Source: the human T2T-CHM13v2.0 reference genome, Homo sapiens
Reading direction: 5' to 3' (one strand)
Assembly (NCBI RefSeq): GCF_009914755.1
Contig: NC_060932.1
DNA: 64,000 nucleotides
Position numbers and translations under genes: made by a program. Shown piece after piece: positions 30,201 through 43,327 of this stretch; position 1 is the stretch's first letter, and each line of letters begins with the position of its first letter. The notes beneath the pieces are model-generated. The model was given only the letters and a program-made list of their open reading frames with translations, was not told the DNA's origin and did not search any database.

Positions 30201-33015
30201 AGAGAGTTTTACTCCATAGTATTTGCAGATATACATTGTGATCATAATGCTAAAAATGACAAATTTGAAAATAATTTAAAGATTTTCAGTATTTTCCATT
30301 TTTCAAGTTTTTCATTTTTATATTCTTAAGATACTTGCCTCTCAAATTTAGTAAAAATTCCTCAGATAACTATTAAAAGTCCTAGATTATACTGCCCCAA
30401 CAAACATATATTCTAGATTTACATACTCTACTTCTTATACTATAAATATAAACCTCAACTATTCCTTCTGTTCCAGTCCCACTTTGTTGTTTCCTGCCTC
30501 TGAGCCCTTGTTAATGCTATTCCCTATGCTAGAAGTTTCTATCCTTATCTCTCTTCCTATCAAAATCCCATTCATTTACTCATTTATAATTATTAAACTC
30601 CTATATGCTAGACACTATCTTTTAGGGTATAGTTTGAATATCATTTAATCTATAAAACATTTTATAATTTAATCTCTCCTTTATATCTCATCTCTTTAAC
30701 CATAGTAGCATTTCATTTATATTTCTCTTTTGGTACATCAAATAACAATCTCATGTTATGGTCATTCTTATGGTTGCTTATTTTCATTTTCCCCCAATTC
30801 TAGAAATTCGAATTACTGTGAACAGAGGCTTTGCTTTATTGATCATTGTAACTAAAGTAGCATCTATCACTATGCCTACATATAATAGCTGCTCTATAAA
30901 CATTTGTTCAATATGAAGTACTCCAGCTATCAAGTCAGATATTAAGGATATCAATCCAATCCATTTCAAACATTTAGTATTTAAATTGGTCTCAACATTA
31001 CACAGTGCTACTGAAAGTTCTACCAACTCATTTTACATTAGGCTTTTATAGCTAATTTTCTTAACAAGTGGTCAGTATATTCTATTAAGGTAAAGATACT
31101 ACCGAAAAGAGAAACATTACCAATGGAAATGTTCATTTGCTTTTTGTAAAAATAAGTCAGCGCCTTCTATAATTATCTAGAGTAAATGAGCCACAGGACT
31201 ATTAAAGTTAAAATCCCCCAATACAATTGAGAACTACTGTTTTAATGTTTTTAGATTCAGATGTATTTCAAGGAAGCTACTTTGCAAGAAGATTACCCTA
31301 AGAAAATCCTAATACCTTCCATGATTTCAGTTCTAGGCATCTGATGTTTAACTCTTGTTTCTCTTCTTATACAGATGCCAAAGCACATGAAATCAATTCG
31401 TCTAACAAGTTATCAGTTAACTATTTTAGAGAGAGGGTGTCTTTAGCCATTGCAGCTCAGCCTCCGACTGCCTGGAACCCCAATAACTTATATAAGTCCT
31501 TGATTCTAAACTCATAGAGATAACTTTTTTAAAGGTTGAAATTCCAATGAAGGAAAATCAACAACACAATAGAAAAGCTTCAGGGATTTTAGAGCAACTT
31601 AGTGAATAACCCCTGAGCACCTACTATATATACTTAGCAATATATGTCAAAAATGAATGTTAAAAATTTTCCTAGTTCTGGAGGACACAAACTACATAGT
31701 AGAAGGTTTACATTTAGAGAAATTGTAAGTAAGGAGGCTTTATAGATCATGAATGGAATATTTTAAAAATGCCATTGTATACTAACCATTACTACAAGTT
31801 ATTAGAGTATTTTTAAAGATTAGCCTTGCCATTGAAATATTTTGTGTACTTCTCCTGAAACATTGCCTCAGCATGCCTGTATAGTAGAAAGTGGTCTAAG
31901 GCTTTCTTCGTTTAAGTGTGGTCAGGTTTCTTTTGTTTTCCTCTAAGAAGAGTCAAACATTTTCTATCACTGGTGATAGACATGGGCTTGCCAAGCCATA
32001 AGCCAGTTCATCCATTGTCTATGATCCACACATCTGTCTCTGTTATGGCCACTGGATTGTGCTACTTAATCCTGTCAGAGTGTCTTCTCAGGGAAGGGAA
32101 AATGATTTCTTTGTTGTAACAACCCTGAAAAGACATTGTCTCCTTATTGATAGGAGAAAGGGCTAGAACCTTTCCAAAGTGAAAGGTGTCAGTGAGAGAC
32201 TCACAGGAAAAACTTATCCTAGGTGGAGTCCATTTTCTCTCAAATAAAGTCATAGTCAGACACTGAATTTTGAAATTACTTATAAAAAGAACAAGGGAGG
32301 TCTGTATTATGACTCTTCATGTATTTTGGGACAGTTTTCTATGGAAGCATTTGAGCCTAAAGACCGGGTGTAGTGTTCTTAGGGAAGACATTATCAAGTG
32401 TTGCCAGTGTTTGCCACTGCAAAGCAAATGAGGGACCCAGATTTTCATCCAGAAGTTGTTTTTCCAGGTAAGTGACTACAGTTCCAGATAGTTAATAGAT
32501 GTTTTTCAATTTTTTTTTTTTTTATTTTATGGCAGAATTTTAGCTTGATAATAATACTCTGTAGCTAGAGGTCCTGTTCTGGAATGAAGTTAAATAGATT
32601 CTGGGAAGTGTAAAGTTCTTTCAATATCTAGAACTTGAAATCATTTATATCATAAACCTATGATGTGAGATAGAAAATTTTGGATTAAAAAATAATGATA
32701 TATCTTGGGCGTGCTTCCAGATTTGAGATCAAACAATTTAATAAGAAAAAACAATGCTACTTATGAATGTGGCAGAATAATCATTATAATCATAGTGCCT
32801 AGAATATTGCTTGCTATATGGTAGGTTATCAGTAAGTATTTGTTTAATGAATATTAATCAGACTTTCCTTTCTTCTCCCCTCCCTCCTCAACCATGGCCA
32901 TTATTTTTTTCTTCTCTTAGGCATAGATTTATCATTAGCCCCAGGGGATAACATTAGCACTGAAGCTTGAAAACAGTAGGAAAAGATCAGCATTTTTTGC
33001 TTTTAAGTTCAAAGG

Positions 33016-33941
33016 TGTGATGATTAATTTTATGTGTCAACTTTTCTGATCCATGGTGCCCAGATATTTGGTCAAACATTGTTCTGGGTGTTTTTCTGAG
33101 GGTATTTTGGAACAAGATTAACATCTGAACCAGTGGACTGAGTAAAGTAGATTGCCCTTCATGATGTGAGTGGGCCTCATCCAATAAAATGTTTTAGAAA
33201 GCAGTAAGAATAATCCAAGTCAGATATATTCTCTGTCCACTCTGTTCCCCTCCAAATTCATTACAACCCTCTGAATTTTGGGGGAGGGGAGAGAATAGAA
33301 CAAAAAGCTACTCTCTCCAGAGCATGAGGGAATTCTCCAGCAGACTGCCTTGGGATTTCATCTGTGATATGGTTTGGCTGTGTCCCCACCCAAATCTCAT
33401 CTTGAATTGTAGCTACCATAATTTCCACATATTGTGAAAGGGACCTGGTGGGAGATAATTGAATCATGGGGTCGGTTTCCCCATACTGTTCTCAGGGTAG
33501 TGAATAACTGTCATTACATCTGATGGTTTTATAAGGGGTTTCCCCTTTTGCTTGGCTCTCATTCTCTCTTGCCTGCCGCCATGTAAGACATGCCTTTTGC
33601 CTTCACCATGATTGTGAGGCCTGCCCAGCCATGTGAAACTATGAGTCCATTATACCTCTTTTTCTTTATAAATTACCCAGTCTAAGGTATGTCTTTATCA
33701 GCAGCATGAAATTGGACTAGTACAGTCTGCAACATCAACTCTTCCTGGTTCCACAGGAGATACCTTTGGACTCAGAATGCATCACTTTCCTGAGTCTCCA
33801 GCCTGCTGGCCTACCCTCTCAGATATGAACTTGCCAAGCCTTCATAATTATATGAGCCAATTTCTTAAAATAAATCTCCTTCCCTTTCTATCTATACACA
33901 TTCTATTGTTTCTATTTCTCTGAAGAACCTTGACTAATACA
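33016..33941 (+). mobile_element. MLT2 (ERVL) solo LTR interrupted by a THE1 LTR and a 110-bp templated insert
   Basis: Start tgtgatgattaattttatgtgtcaactt, end gaagaaccttgactaataca; perfect 5-bp TSD aaagg (33011-33015 and 33942-33946). Confidence 0.93.
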
Positions 33942-34075
33942 AAAGGTAACAGATTCAAGGGTAAGATAAAATGTTTTAGAAAGCAGTAAGAATAATCCAA
34001 GTCAGATATATCCTCTGTCCACTCTGTTCCCCTCCAAACTCATTATAACCCTCTGAATTTTGGGGGAGGGGAGAG
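33184..34075 (+). repeat. 110-bp direct repeat (33184-33293 and 33966-34075)
   Basis: Aligned by hand: 3 mismatches in 110, no gaps. Confidence 0.97.
33365..33724 (+). mobile_element. THE1 (MaLR) solo LTR, THE1A/B-like
   Basis: tgatatggtttggctgtgtccccacccaaatctcatcttgaattgtagct ... ataaattacccagtct..ggactagtaca; 360 bp; TSD atctg/gtctg. Confidence 0.95.
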
Positions 34076-37000
34076 GGAGAAAAACTAGTATGGAAGCAAC
34101 AGAGTTAGCATGGGAGACTCTATATCCTGCCCTCTGCTCCTTGATGTAGACTTTTCCCTTGTGCCAGGTGGAAAGCATGATAGACACCCCAACTCTGAGT
34201 CTGTGGATCTGAGAGGACAGAGAAACTGTATTTCACATGCTTTATGAGATCCAGAAAGAAGGCAACCATAGTATACTTGCAAATAGCATCTAGTGGAACT
34301 GGCAGAATTATGAGTTTCAGAAGAAACAAGAGACAGCTATGAGTTTCCCTGAAGGGTACAGTACAGAGGGAATTCCAAAATTTCATGGGCATTTAAGTAG
34401 TGCATCGATGTTGGAGGAAAGAGAAAACAAGTGTGCCTGCAAAAGATTCTAATGCCAGTTCTGGCCTCCTCAGAAAAGTGCAGTGAGAATGGTCACCATG
34501 CAGGGTAAGTTGAAGACTTGGCTAGAACTCACCAACTGGCAGAAGGTTGGACAAAGGTGCAAGCTGATCTGGTACCCATGGTTCTGTTTTAGCAAGGCTG
34601 GTCACTACCAGAGGCAGAGTAATGTCCTTCTCAGAGCAGGACTGTGAACACAACTCATTAACAGCATCTTGTCAGCCTCCTTGACTGTCTTTCAGGAATG
34701 GTTCTTGCCTGTGGCCTGGGCTTGTGCCCACTTCCTTATATAAACAACCTACTCTAAGTGGTCACTACCTTTAATTGGGCTCAGATCAGAGTGGGATAGC
34801 CCCTCAAACCTGGGGAACTTGGGAAAAGAAGGAGCTCAGTGGAGCTACGAACAAAGAAAGTATCAGAACACATTTCTTACTACAAGGAGTAATTTCCATA
34901 AGATGAAAAACTCATATGATTACATTTTTTAGTTTCTTAGAATCTCACAACTAGAGTGGTTGGAGGAACAGTCTGTTTCTCCACAGAGAAGCCTCCCCGT
35001 TGGCATAGCCTAGATGCTGTCCCAAAGCGTGTAACTTGATTTCTAATTTTTGCTTCTTGTGAGCTGACCAAATCACTCATTTATTTCAGGCTTTTGTGTC
35101 ACTCATCTCACAATCAAACAATTCCTCCTGGGTGCCTCATACTTCTCAAATATATCTTTTCTCTCCTGATAAGGTGTCTTGGAGAAAGGCTTGAAATTTT
35201 GAAGCTATTTCCCCATTTTGTGATTATTTGCTGCTGCAGAATCTTTTTGAAAATTGGTAGGGGTATAAAACACAAAACATTATGTTAAAATGTTCTTCAT
35301 CATATTTTTTTATATGTGGAAAGATGGTTCTACTCTCTGCTCTACTCTCTGCAACATTTTCAAAACATACTTAAATAGACTAAAGTCACAAAAAGAAAGT
35401 GCTACAAACGTGGAGAACTCAAGTTTCAGAGATGTATTGATGAGTAAATGATGCAGTACATAGTGAGCAAAAGTTGATGGTGCTTTCTTTCCTGGTCACA
35501 TCCTTGGAAGCTCCCATTAACTGAGCCATATATTGGGTCTAATAGACTGGGTCTATCAGCTATTTTATTTAGAGCAGCAGGTTTCAAACTTGCTTGACAG
35601 AGGAATCATTCTTGCAACAAAAACAAGCAAAACAAAACCAAAACACCTACAAATACAGAAAACTTATAAAAGTGGAGGTTTCTTACTTATAGAGCATTGA
35701 GAGTCAAGCATTGCTCCAGCTCAGCTTCTTCTGCTCTCATGGGCAGTGCTGGAGGCATTTCAGGGTACCCAAGGGCTCTAACAGGACCAATGGCAGAGGA
35801 GGTTCCTGGAGATTAGGACTCAGTAGAAAACCATATATGGGAAAAAAATGACTCTGCTGAATGTTCTATCTGGGCCTAGGACCAAGATTCTGAGTTGCAT
35901 TATTGGTATCCAGATATAATAACCAGAGAACAAAGGTCAAATGTTGCCGAATCATTTTTATTTGAAAGTGGTTTACCCTTTTCTTGCCTTAAAAGATCTC
36001 CCCAGTGCCATACAAACCAGTGGGATTGTATGCTTTCAGAGTAAATGGGATGAGAGAAGTTTTCACTAGACACTGTGCTTACCCTGACCTCTGATATATT
36101 CTCCAGAAAGCAAGCTTGAGTGTTACATTGCAGCACTTAAATTTTCCCTGCACATCAAACTTCCATATGGAGAACCAGTGTGATATTTGCTTTGTATCAG
36201 ACGGGAATTCTCAGTGTTTACATTTGTACTGTTTAACCATACTAGAAAAAAAAGAATTCATCTGTTAATGTACATTGCTTTAAGCATTGCAAGAGAATGG
36301 TTACTGTCATATTGTTTTAGAATCAGTAACACACCATTTAGAAATCTGCAACCTACTGTTAATAAAGTGTGTATAACCATTCTCTGGAGATGCAATAACC
36401 CTTTAAAATTAATATACACTATAGTTCTTCTCGTTTTAACTAAGTTGTACATTAAAAAGATAGGCTAGGTTAGTACTTAATGATGAATTATGTGTGTTGA
36501 TTAGTAATCTGAAATCTCTTGGGGTCTTCTATATATTTTTCATGAATGCTATGACTAAAAAGTATTCCATAGATAAAAGTCATAAGACTTGAAAGAAAAG
36601 TGAAGATCTACAACCTTCTTAGAAAAGAACGAGGTCATTAGTAAGTACATTGTTTAGCTGCCTAGTCAAAGAAATGCCTATTTGATTTGCTTTCGATTAC
36701 TGTTAATTTACACGGTGATATTTGAAGAACTGACATGCAGAATGGAGTGTATATTGGTAATAATACTATGCAAGTACTGTTTAGTTACACTTTACAGAGA
36801 TTCAGACGTGTCCATTGCCCTTAGAGTCAGGAATCTCTAGTGACTTCTTTAATAAACCTTACTTCAATGAGCCCTTTGAACTCTTCATTAACCAATTATG
36901 GAACAGCTATAGAACTGGACTAGAACCTTGACTCTGCTTTTGCTATATACAAGCTATCACCTGCCATAAGTAAAATCCTATGCTTTCTTTTTCACCAACT

Positions 37001-37288
37001 AAATAAGAAAGTGGTGTTTAGATGAAATGACAGTGCTAGAAAATTTATGAAAGAGATTACCCTAAGTTCCATGTATCCCAAAACAATATACTTAAAGAAG
37101 AGGAAAAGAAATATTTGGGAAAGTTTTGTTGTCTGAGTGGTCAGATTTCTATAGCGGGTGAGGACAACTGCTCTCAGATAATCTTGTTACTCACTGCCGA
37201 CGTGGTTTTGGATTTGAACAAGGAATAGGATCTGGAAGACAAGAAGGGGTTACCTGCTTCATTATTGATGAGAACTTGGCCAGCCCAA

Positions 37289-37343
37289 CGCACACACACA
37301 CACACACACGCGCACTCACACGCACACCCACCCACCCACACAC
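37289..37343. repeat. Compound (CA)n/(CG) microsatellite
   Basis: Directly visible. Confidence 0.9.
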
Positions 37344-37779
37344 CATGCATAAATCTGTAAACTGGGCTAGAAGTCAAAGTCAGTGAGGTGAAGAAGAAAA
37401 TCTAGACATCTCATTTGTCCGGCCTTAAAGGGGTGGAAAGTAACCAGACAGAAATATGGAAAGCAGAGGGACCTCTTGCAAGGTTTATGTTAAACTGAGT
37501 GAAGCTGAGTTTGTAACTTTCTTCTGTGCCTTACCCTGATGATCTTTGTGTTCCTTACCCATGAGGAGTTCCTCAAACCTGCAATAAAGTATCTTTATGA
37601 CTCTGAGCCAATTGACCTGGAAATTTTCTAGTCACCTGCCTTATTAGTAACGGCAGGTTTTGAAGATAAAAGTCAAACTGGAAACACTCATATCCTAGAG
37701 ATTACAAAAATGATGAAAAGCCGTAAAACCAAAATTGTATCATAACGAATGTAAAATAACATCTATTTGGCTCTTAAGG

Positions 37780-37910
37780 CTTGCAAAGTTCTTTCATAAA
37801 TATGATCTCATTTTGAACCTTGCCCTGAGTCTGATATTACCATTGTGACTACTCTCCTTATTAAATAAAAGAGGATACTGAGGCTCGGATGTAGAGGTTT
37901 GTCCAAGGAC
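37780..37910 (-). mobile_element. MIR fragment, followed by a short plus-strand L2 tail (about 37928-38000)
   Basis: atgatctcattt..aagaggatactgaggctcgga..gtttgtccaagg; then gtatccccagtgaccagcacagtg..ctcaacaagt. Confidence 0.6.
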
Positions 37911-38047
37911 AATGATGAGCTTACCTTTGTATCCCCAGTGACCAGCACAGTGTCCAGCACTTGGAAGACACTCAACAAGTACACTTGGAGAAATGAATAA
38001 AGTTAAGGCTCATAAGGTGAAGTTCTGGAAATATGGCTAATTCTTTA

Positions 38048-38578
38048 TGCATTAGTTAGAATTCTTTTGGTTGCAAGTAACAGAAATAAACAAAAGTTAG
38101 AGGTGTTATTATAAACATATAGAACCTAAGGTCGTGTAAGTTGTGCAGGTCTTAAGAAAAAATAAAACCTGAAAGGCAATAGTAAACACAGTATTTTCTC
38201 TTCCCTTCCCTCCCCTCCCCCCCCTCCCCCATGTGTGTGTTTCTGCTGCTTTTTCTATATTTCTTTCTGTATACCAACTGTCTCTGCTTTTCAGGTTTAC
38301 AGTGGAAAGCACAGCTTCCCCACAACTCCTGAGTTCTTGTATTCCAGGTTAAGTCTTAGTCTCAGTTGCAAATTCTTAGAGAAAAAAATCTCAACTGGTT
38401 TAGCCTAGGTAAAATTCCCACATCTGGAGTAATCAGTGTGGCCAAGAGATGAGGTCATGCCTTACAAACACAACCACTGGAATCCTACTCCTAAGGTGAT
38501 GTTGGGAGTAGTTCACAGAGAAAGGAAGAAGATGTTGGCTTATGGGCTATGTAGACACTTCAAAGGTGTTCATTACAG
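38048..38578 (-). mobile_element. Old MLT1-type LTR
   Basis: attagttagaattcttttggttgcaagtaacagaaa and aactggtttagcctaggt..aatcagtgtggccaagag match the reverse strand of old MLT1. Confidence 0.6.
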
Positions 38579-39059
38579 TTTCTTTTACCAAATCCCATGT
38601 TCACTCTACTTTTCTACTTTGCCTTAGTGTCACCATGGAGGATAATTTTTTGAGATACAATGTTCTCTGTAATTTTCTCTCTTATATTATTTCAAGTGGA
38701 GAGAAAAGCCCTTAGTAATTCCCTGGTTTGTCATTCTTGCAGAGCAGAAAATAGAAACTATTTGGGATGAACAGTTATTTCTCTCTTTTGTAGAAACTCA
38801 ACTTCTTTGTTGAGATTATGGTTTCTGTCTCAGAGGTGGAGGGGACTGAACAGCTTTAAAAGAAGCCAAAGTGAAAATAGCAATTTTACTGTACTATTAA
38901 TGAGGCTGGAGGTCTGTACATGACATTTCTTAGTCTAGTCTTCGTTGCCAGTTCCCCTTTAAATTGTAAGTCAGGATTGAAGGACAAACCCAAACTATCC
39001 TGGTAAAAGAAGAGGATGAAGTATGTTCCATTCAAAGGGACGAACATTTGAGACAAGCT

Positions 39060-39720
39060 ATTACCAGGAACGTTTAGGTATCAGAATAGCTGCAGTGTAT
39101 ATCATAAGGTGGAGGAGTAGCAGATGTGGCTGAAAAGGCAGAAGGAAGGGGCCAGGATAACTAGCTTTGGGGCAGTTTCCTAAGAATGTGAACTTGAGTT
39201 CATTGAGCAATGGAAGCCATTGAAGAAGTTGTAGCATCAGTTTTTAGTATAAAATCTCACCGTGATGAAAAAAAAAAAACTGGAGAAGGACTAGAAATAA
39301 AGCGGGAAGAGCAGTCAGGAGATTGTTGCAGTTATGAATGACAAGATCAATGTGGAAAAGAAGGGCTTGAATAAAAGTAGTAGCAGTCGGAATAAAGAGC
39401 ATAGAATTCAATGAGAGATCATAACAAGGATGTCAAATCTATAAGTGTTGTTGAGAATGTGGAAAATAGAGGAAGTTTTTGGCTTTGGTATGTGGTGGTA
39501 CCATTCATAGAAATAGGAAATCTTATAGGAAGGTCAGGTTTGGACATGAAGATTATGTGATCAGTATCTTTAAACTCAATGAGCTCCAAGGATTTATGCA
39601 ACATTCAAGTGGGAATATATAATAGCTGGATATACACATCTGGAACTTAGAGAAGAAGTTGTGGCTACAGATGATTGATTTGGCATTCATCAGCAGAGGG
39701 TGTTGAAAATCACAAAATCT
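39060..39720 (-). mobile_element. L2 fragment
   Basis: gcaatggaagccattgaagaag, cagtcaggagattgttgcagt, gtggtaccattcatagaaatagga, acattcaagtggg. Confidence 0.75.
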
Positions 39721-40729
39721 GAGAATTTTACATTTAGTTTTGCATATATTTAATCTCCGTTTGTAGCGTAAATAGTATGAAAATTCAGTTGAATTTCTAG
39801 GCCTGTCACCAGATTCTTTCCTTCCATAGTCTGTCTTAGCCATAACAAATTTCTTTTATCAGTACTGTTGAAACTGAGCTTCATAAAACCTTCATCTCTC
39901 AGACCACATTTTCCAAATGAAAGTTCCAAAGATGGAAAAGTATATTGGATGGATACTAGTTTAACCTATTATAACATGGCATTCAAAAATGTGTTTTTGT
40001 TACTACATGTAACTTTTTGGTAGTAGTATTTTTATAAATTCTTTGAATGAGATAAAATACCACTTGCTTGGTGCTCACAAGTTGAGTTCCTTTTCATTGG
40101 TTTTCTGACTTTTATGATGTAGAAAAAATGACCAATTGCATAGATGATTGTTCATGTTGATTCTGTGTGAAATTTTTGAATGCAAAATTTTACTGAGATG
40201 TAAAAATTGGGTATGATGAATGAATGAAAAATATCTGTATTCTTTCACGAGTAGTTTTCCTGGAGCACATCACAATAAACTTCTTGTACACTAATCGATA
40301 TCCCCAAATCTGTTTCATGGGGAACCCTATTTAAATCATTAGTAATTCCGTCTTTATCATCTAATTCTAGAAAATTGTCAGTATCTTAAGGATACAGAAT
40401 ATCTTATTCATATTTATGTTTCAAGGCCAGTAGTTATTCAGTAAATGTTTTCATATCTTACCTTTGTGAGAATTTTCATATAAATCTTAGCAAAGCACAC
40501 ATTTTCCTTCTACCTGGGTTATAGGTAACACACATCCATAAACTGCCTGTTTCTCCTCATCCTCACCTAAAAGCTCTTCAGTATAGCCTCTGTGCTCAGG
40601 AACATGGAATTCCAAACCCAAGGGGGCCTTCTTGAAACAAAATGCCACTCCTTTCTATACTATGTATTTTCAATTACTAGGTTTTCAGCAAAATTAAGCA
40701 ATAACCATAGATCAGATTCATCTTGTGTT

Positions 40730-40965
40730 GGCAGCATAGTTTAGTGATTGAACACAGGATTTCAGTGTCAGACACACCGGAGTTGAAATCTTATTCCACC
40801 ACTTCCTAGGCATGTGGCCTTTCTAAATTTCACTGTCTACATCTTCTGAATGGGGCTAATGATAGTATCTACCTCATTGGGCTGCTGGAAGAATTAAAGG
40901 AGAAAGTGTGCGAAAAACACTAGACATACAGTAAACACAGAAAACATGTTAGCTATTGTTTATGG
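40730..40965 (+). mobile_element. MIR SINE
   Basis: gtcagacacaccggagttgaaatc..ccaccacttcctag, aatggggctaatgatagtatctacctcattgggctg. Confidence 0.85.
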
Positions 40966-40984
40966 TTATTTCATTAATATTTCA

Positions 40985-41230
40985 CTTTTTTCTCTTAAAT
41001 TTATTTTCATAAAGCTCAAAATACTTTCTAATTTTACACATGATTTTTTTGTCCTGTGGGTTATTTAAAAATATGTTGCTTAATTTCCAAATATTTATGG
41101 ATTCCCAAATTTCCTTCTGTTGTTGATTTCTAACTTCACTATGGTCAGAGAACGTACTTTGTATGATTTCAATACTTGTAAATGTATTAAGACTTGTTGT
41201 ATGGTCTAAATCATTCTTTGTAAATTCAGC
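40985..41230 (-). mobile_element. L1M ORF2 fragment
   Basis: ttaatttccaaatattt..ctgttgttgatttctaactt..atggtcagagaac..tttgtatgatttcaat; similar to 46980-47130. Confidence 0.75.
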
Positions 41231-41677
41231 ATAAGATATATAAGATCTAAATATTTCTCCAGATATTTTTATGCATTATTGTTTTGAAAACGAATGTGTA
41301 CTTCCTTCAACAGATTTTGTAACACTATTTTACTTCCTTTAACAGATTTTGGCCTACATAATAGCAATTTGGGTATATTATCAGTGAGTTTTTTCTTCTT
41401 CCTCCTTCTGATAAAGGCCATCTTGGTCAACTCAGCTATACTGGTGTCAGAATTATCCTTCCCGCTCTTCATAAGAGGCACTGAATCCATTGCCAGGAGC
41501 TCATCTTTCTTATATGATAAGCTGTGGTCTGAGGACAAATTGTGTACTTCAGCACCATCCACATGTTCAACTGGTCCTCTTTCTTCCTTTCCAAAGCCAC
41601 GACCTTATGCAGGGATTGGAGATAAACACACCACCTGTGACCCCAAGTCACTCAGTTCTATCTAGGGCTACAAATAA

Positions 41678-41742
41678 AGAGAGGGAGGGAGGGAGGGAGA
41701 GAGAGAGAGAGAGAGAGCGGGTGCGGGCGAGCGCGAGCGAGC
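41678..41742. repeat. (GGGA)n/(GA)n microsatellite grading into GCGA-like units
   Basis: Directly visible. Confidence 0.9.
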
Positions 41743-42139
41743 ACAAGCAGAGTCTTTTTCTGGCAGTGTGCTCACTCCTGTGTGATACAGCAGAAGCTGG
41801 TCATAGTTTTTGAAAAGCTGTATTAAGAAGTGAGGACTCATTTGTCGTAGATATATTTGGCTGATTTGTTTTATTTTCTATGTTGTAAAATCCAAATTTA
41901 TAGATGTGTTCAATATGACATAACATAATTGCCATCAACAAATTTAAACCAGATCAGAAGTATTGAGAATATTTAATGTCAGGGAATACTCATTTCCAAA
42001 TATTTACAGGGGAAAGTTGTCAGTTATTGTATTTACATGTAACTTTTTGTATTGACATTTTGCTTTTCAATATAGAGGCAATAAAAAATAAGTCTAGTGA
42101 CAAAAAGAATCAAACAATAAATAGGTAAATAAAGGAAAT

Positions 42140-42740
42140 GTCATAGAATATTGGTTAAAATCACCAGCTTTGAATCTAGACAGAACTGCATGTCACTTCT
42201 CTGAGCTTTAATTTTCCTCATCTGTAAAATACAGATAAAAATTATACCTGTTTACTAGTCAGGGTTTGTTGTTGCAAGCTTAGGCCAAAAAAAAAAAAAA
42301 AAAAAAGGAATGTATTGGAAGAAGAATTCACAGGATTTGTGAGAAGTCTGGTGAATTGGGTTTGGAAAATGGGCTGGAACCATGTTACACATGAGGGAGG
42401 AAACACAAGTCATACATGGGGACATCTGGGTTAGGGTGGCCCTTTGGCCCTCTGTATAACTCTAAGCTGTGTCTGCTTTGATCACACAGTCCAAATCTGA
42501 ATTTCCAGGCAGGAGCATCAAATAGTCAAGCCTTGATTACACTCCCATGCCTACATGTGTCAAGGAAGAGTAAATGTCTGGTCTTTTCAATTCATATGAT
42601 ACCCTCAGGCATAGATAAGCACAGCCAAAGAAACAAATACTGGACAAATGTCTTCCACACAGACCACAGGAATTTTCTGTGGGTGTTAAGTGATACAATA
42701 TATGTGAAATGCTTAACAAGACATGTACTTATTAGGCATT
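42140..42740. mobile_element. MIR (plus; about 42140-42250 and 42675-42740) interrupted by an old MLT1-type LTR (minus; about 42252-42668)
   Basis: tcacttctctgagctttaattttcctcatctgtaaaat.. resumes as gtgttaagtgatacaatatatgtgaaatgctta; the middle begins tagtcagggtttgttgttgcaag and contains caagccttgattacactcccatgcct. Confidence 0.6.
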
Positions 42741-42759
42741 AGTTGGGATAGCTCTATCT

Positions 42760-43122
42760 CTCTTTTTTTCTCTGAGAAGCAGAACCACTAAGAGTAATAG
42801 ATATTAAGTGATTGATTATAAGGATTCAACCGTATGGAACTGTGGGAACTGGTTAAAAAGTTTATGAAGACAGGCATAAAGTGAGAAACAGCAGTTGCAA
42901 ACTGGAAACTGAAGGATGAACTGGAACCCATGAAAACAGACTAGAATCATGTTTATCTCTCATACCACATGCTTCCAACTTTGATGATGTGGGTGACCTG
43001 TAAGTGAAGCTAGCACTACTTTTCATGAAGATGAAAATGCATTGCCCAGGAGTAGAAGATGAGGGGGGAGATCAAGTGGGGAATAGAGGAATTGTGGGTC
43101 CAGCTGCTTGCACCTGCCAAAG
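42760..43122 (-). mobile_element. Old ERVL LTR fragment (MLT2-like)
   Basis: ttctctgagaagcagaaccactaagag..attataaggatt..actgtgggaactgg resembles the reverse strand of old MLT2 LTRs. Confidence 0.55.
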
Positions 43123-43125
43123 ATT

Positions 43126-43212
43126 ATAGATAGATAGGTGTGTAGATAGATAGATAGGTGATTAGTATATGCATACATAATAGATACATACATAGATAAT
43201 AGGTAGATAGAC
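43126..43212. repeat. Degenerate (TAGA)n repeat
   Basis: Directly visible. Confidence 0.85.
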
Positions 43213-43327
43213 ATAAAACACATATATACATGTGCAAAAATAATTGTAAAGATTACAATTAGTTTACTTAATATTTGTAAAAATATTTACAAAGATTGGT
43301 TTTTCTTAGAAAACAGGGTTGAATGGT

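Noticed and set aside
35329-35352. Tandem 12-mer tctactctctgc x2
   Set aside because: Ordinary slippage duplication.
43241-43293. Short AT-rich palindromes (also 50873-50895)
   Set aside because: Arms of 8-11 bp are expected by chance in AT-rich DNA.
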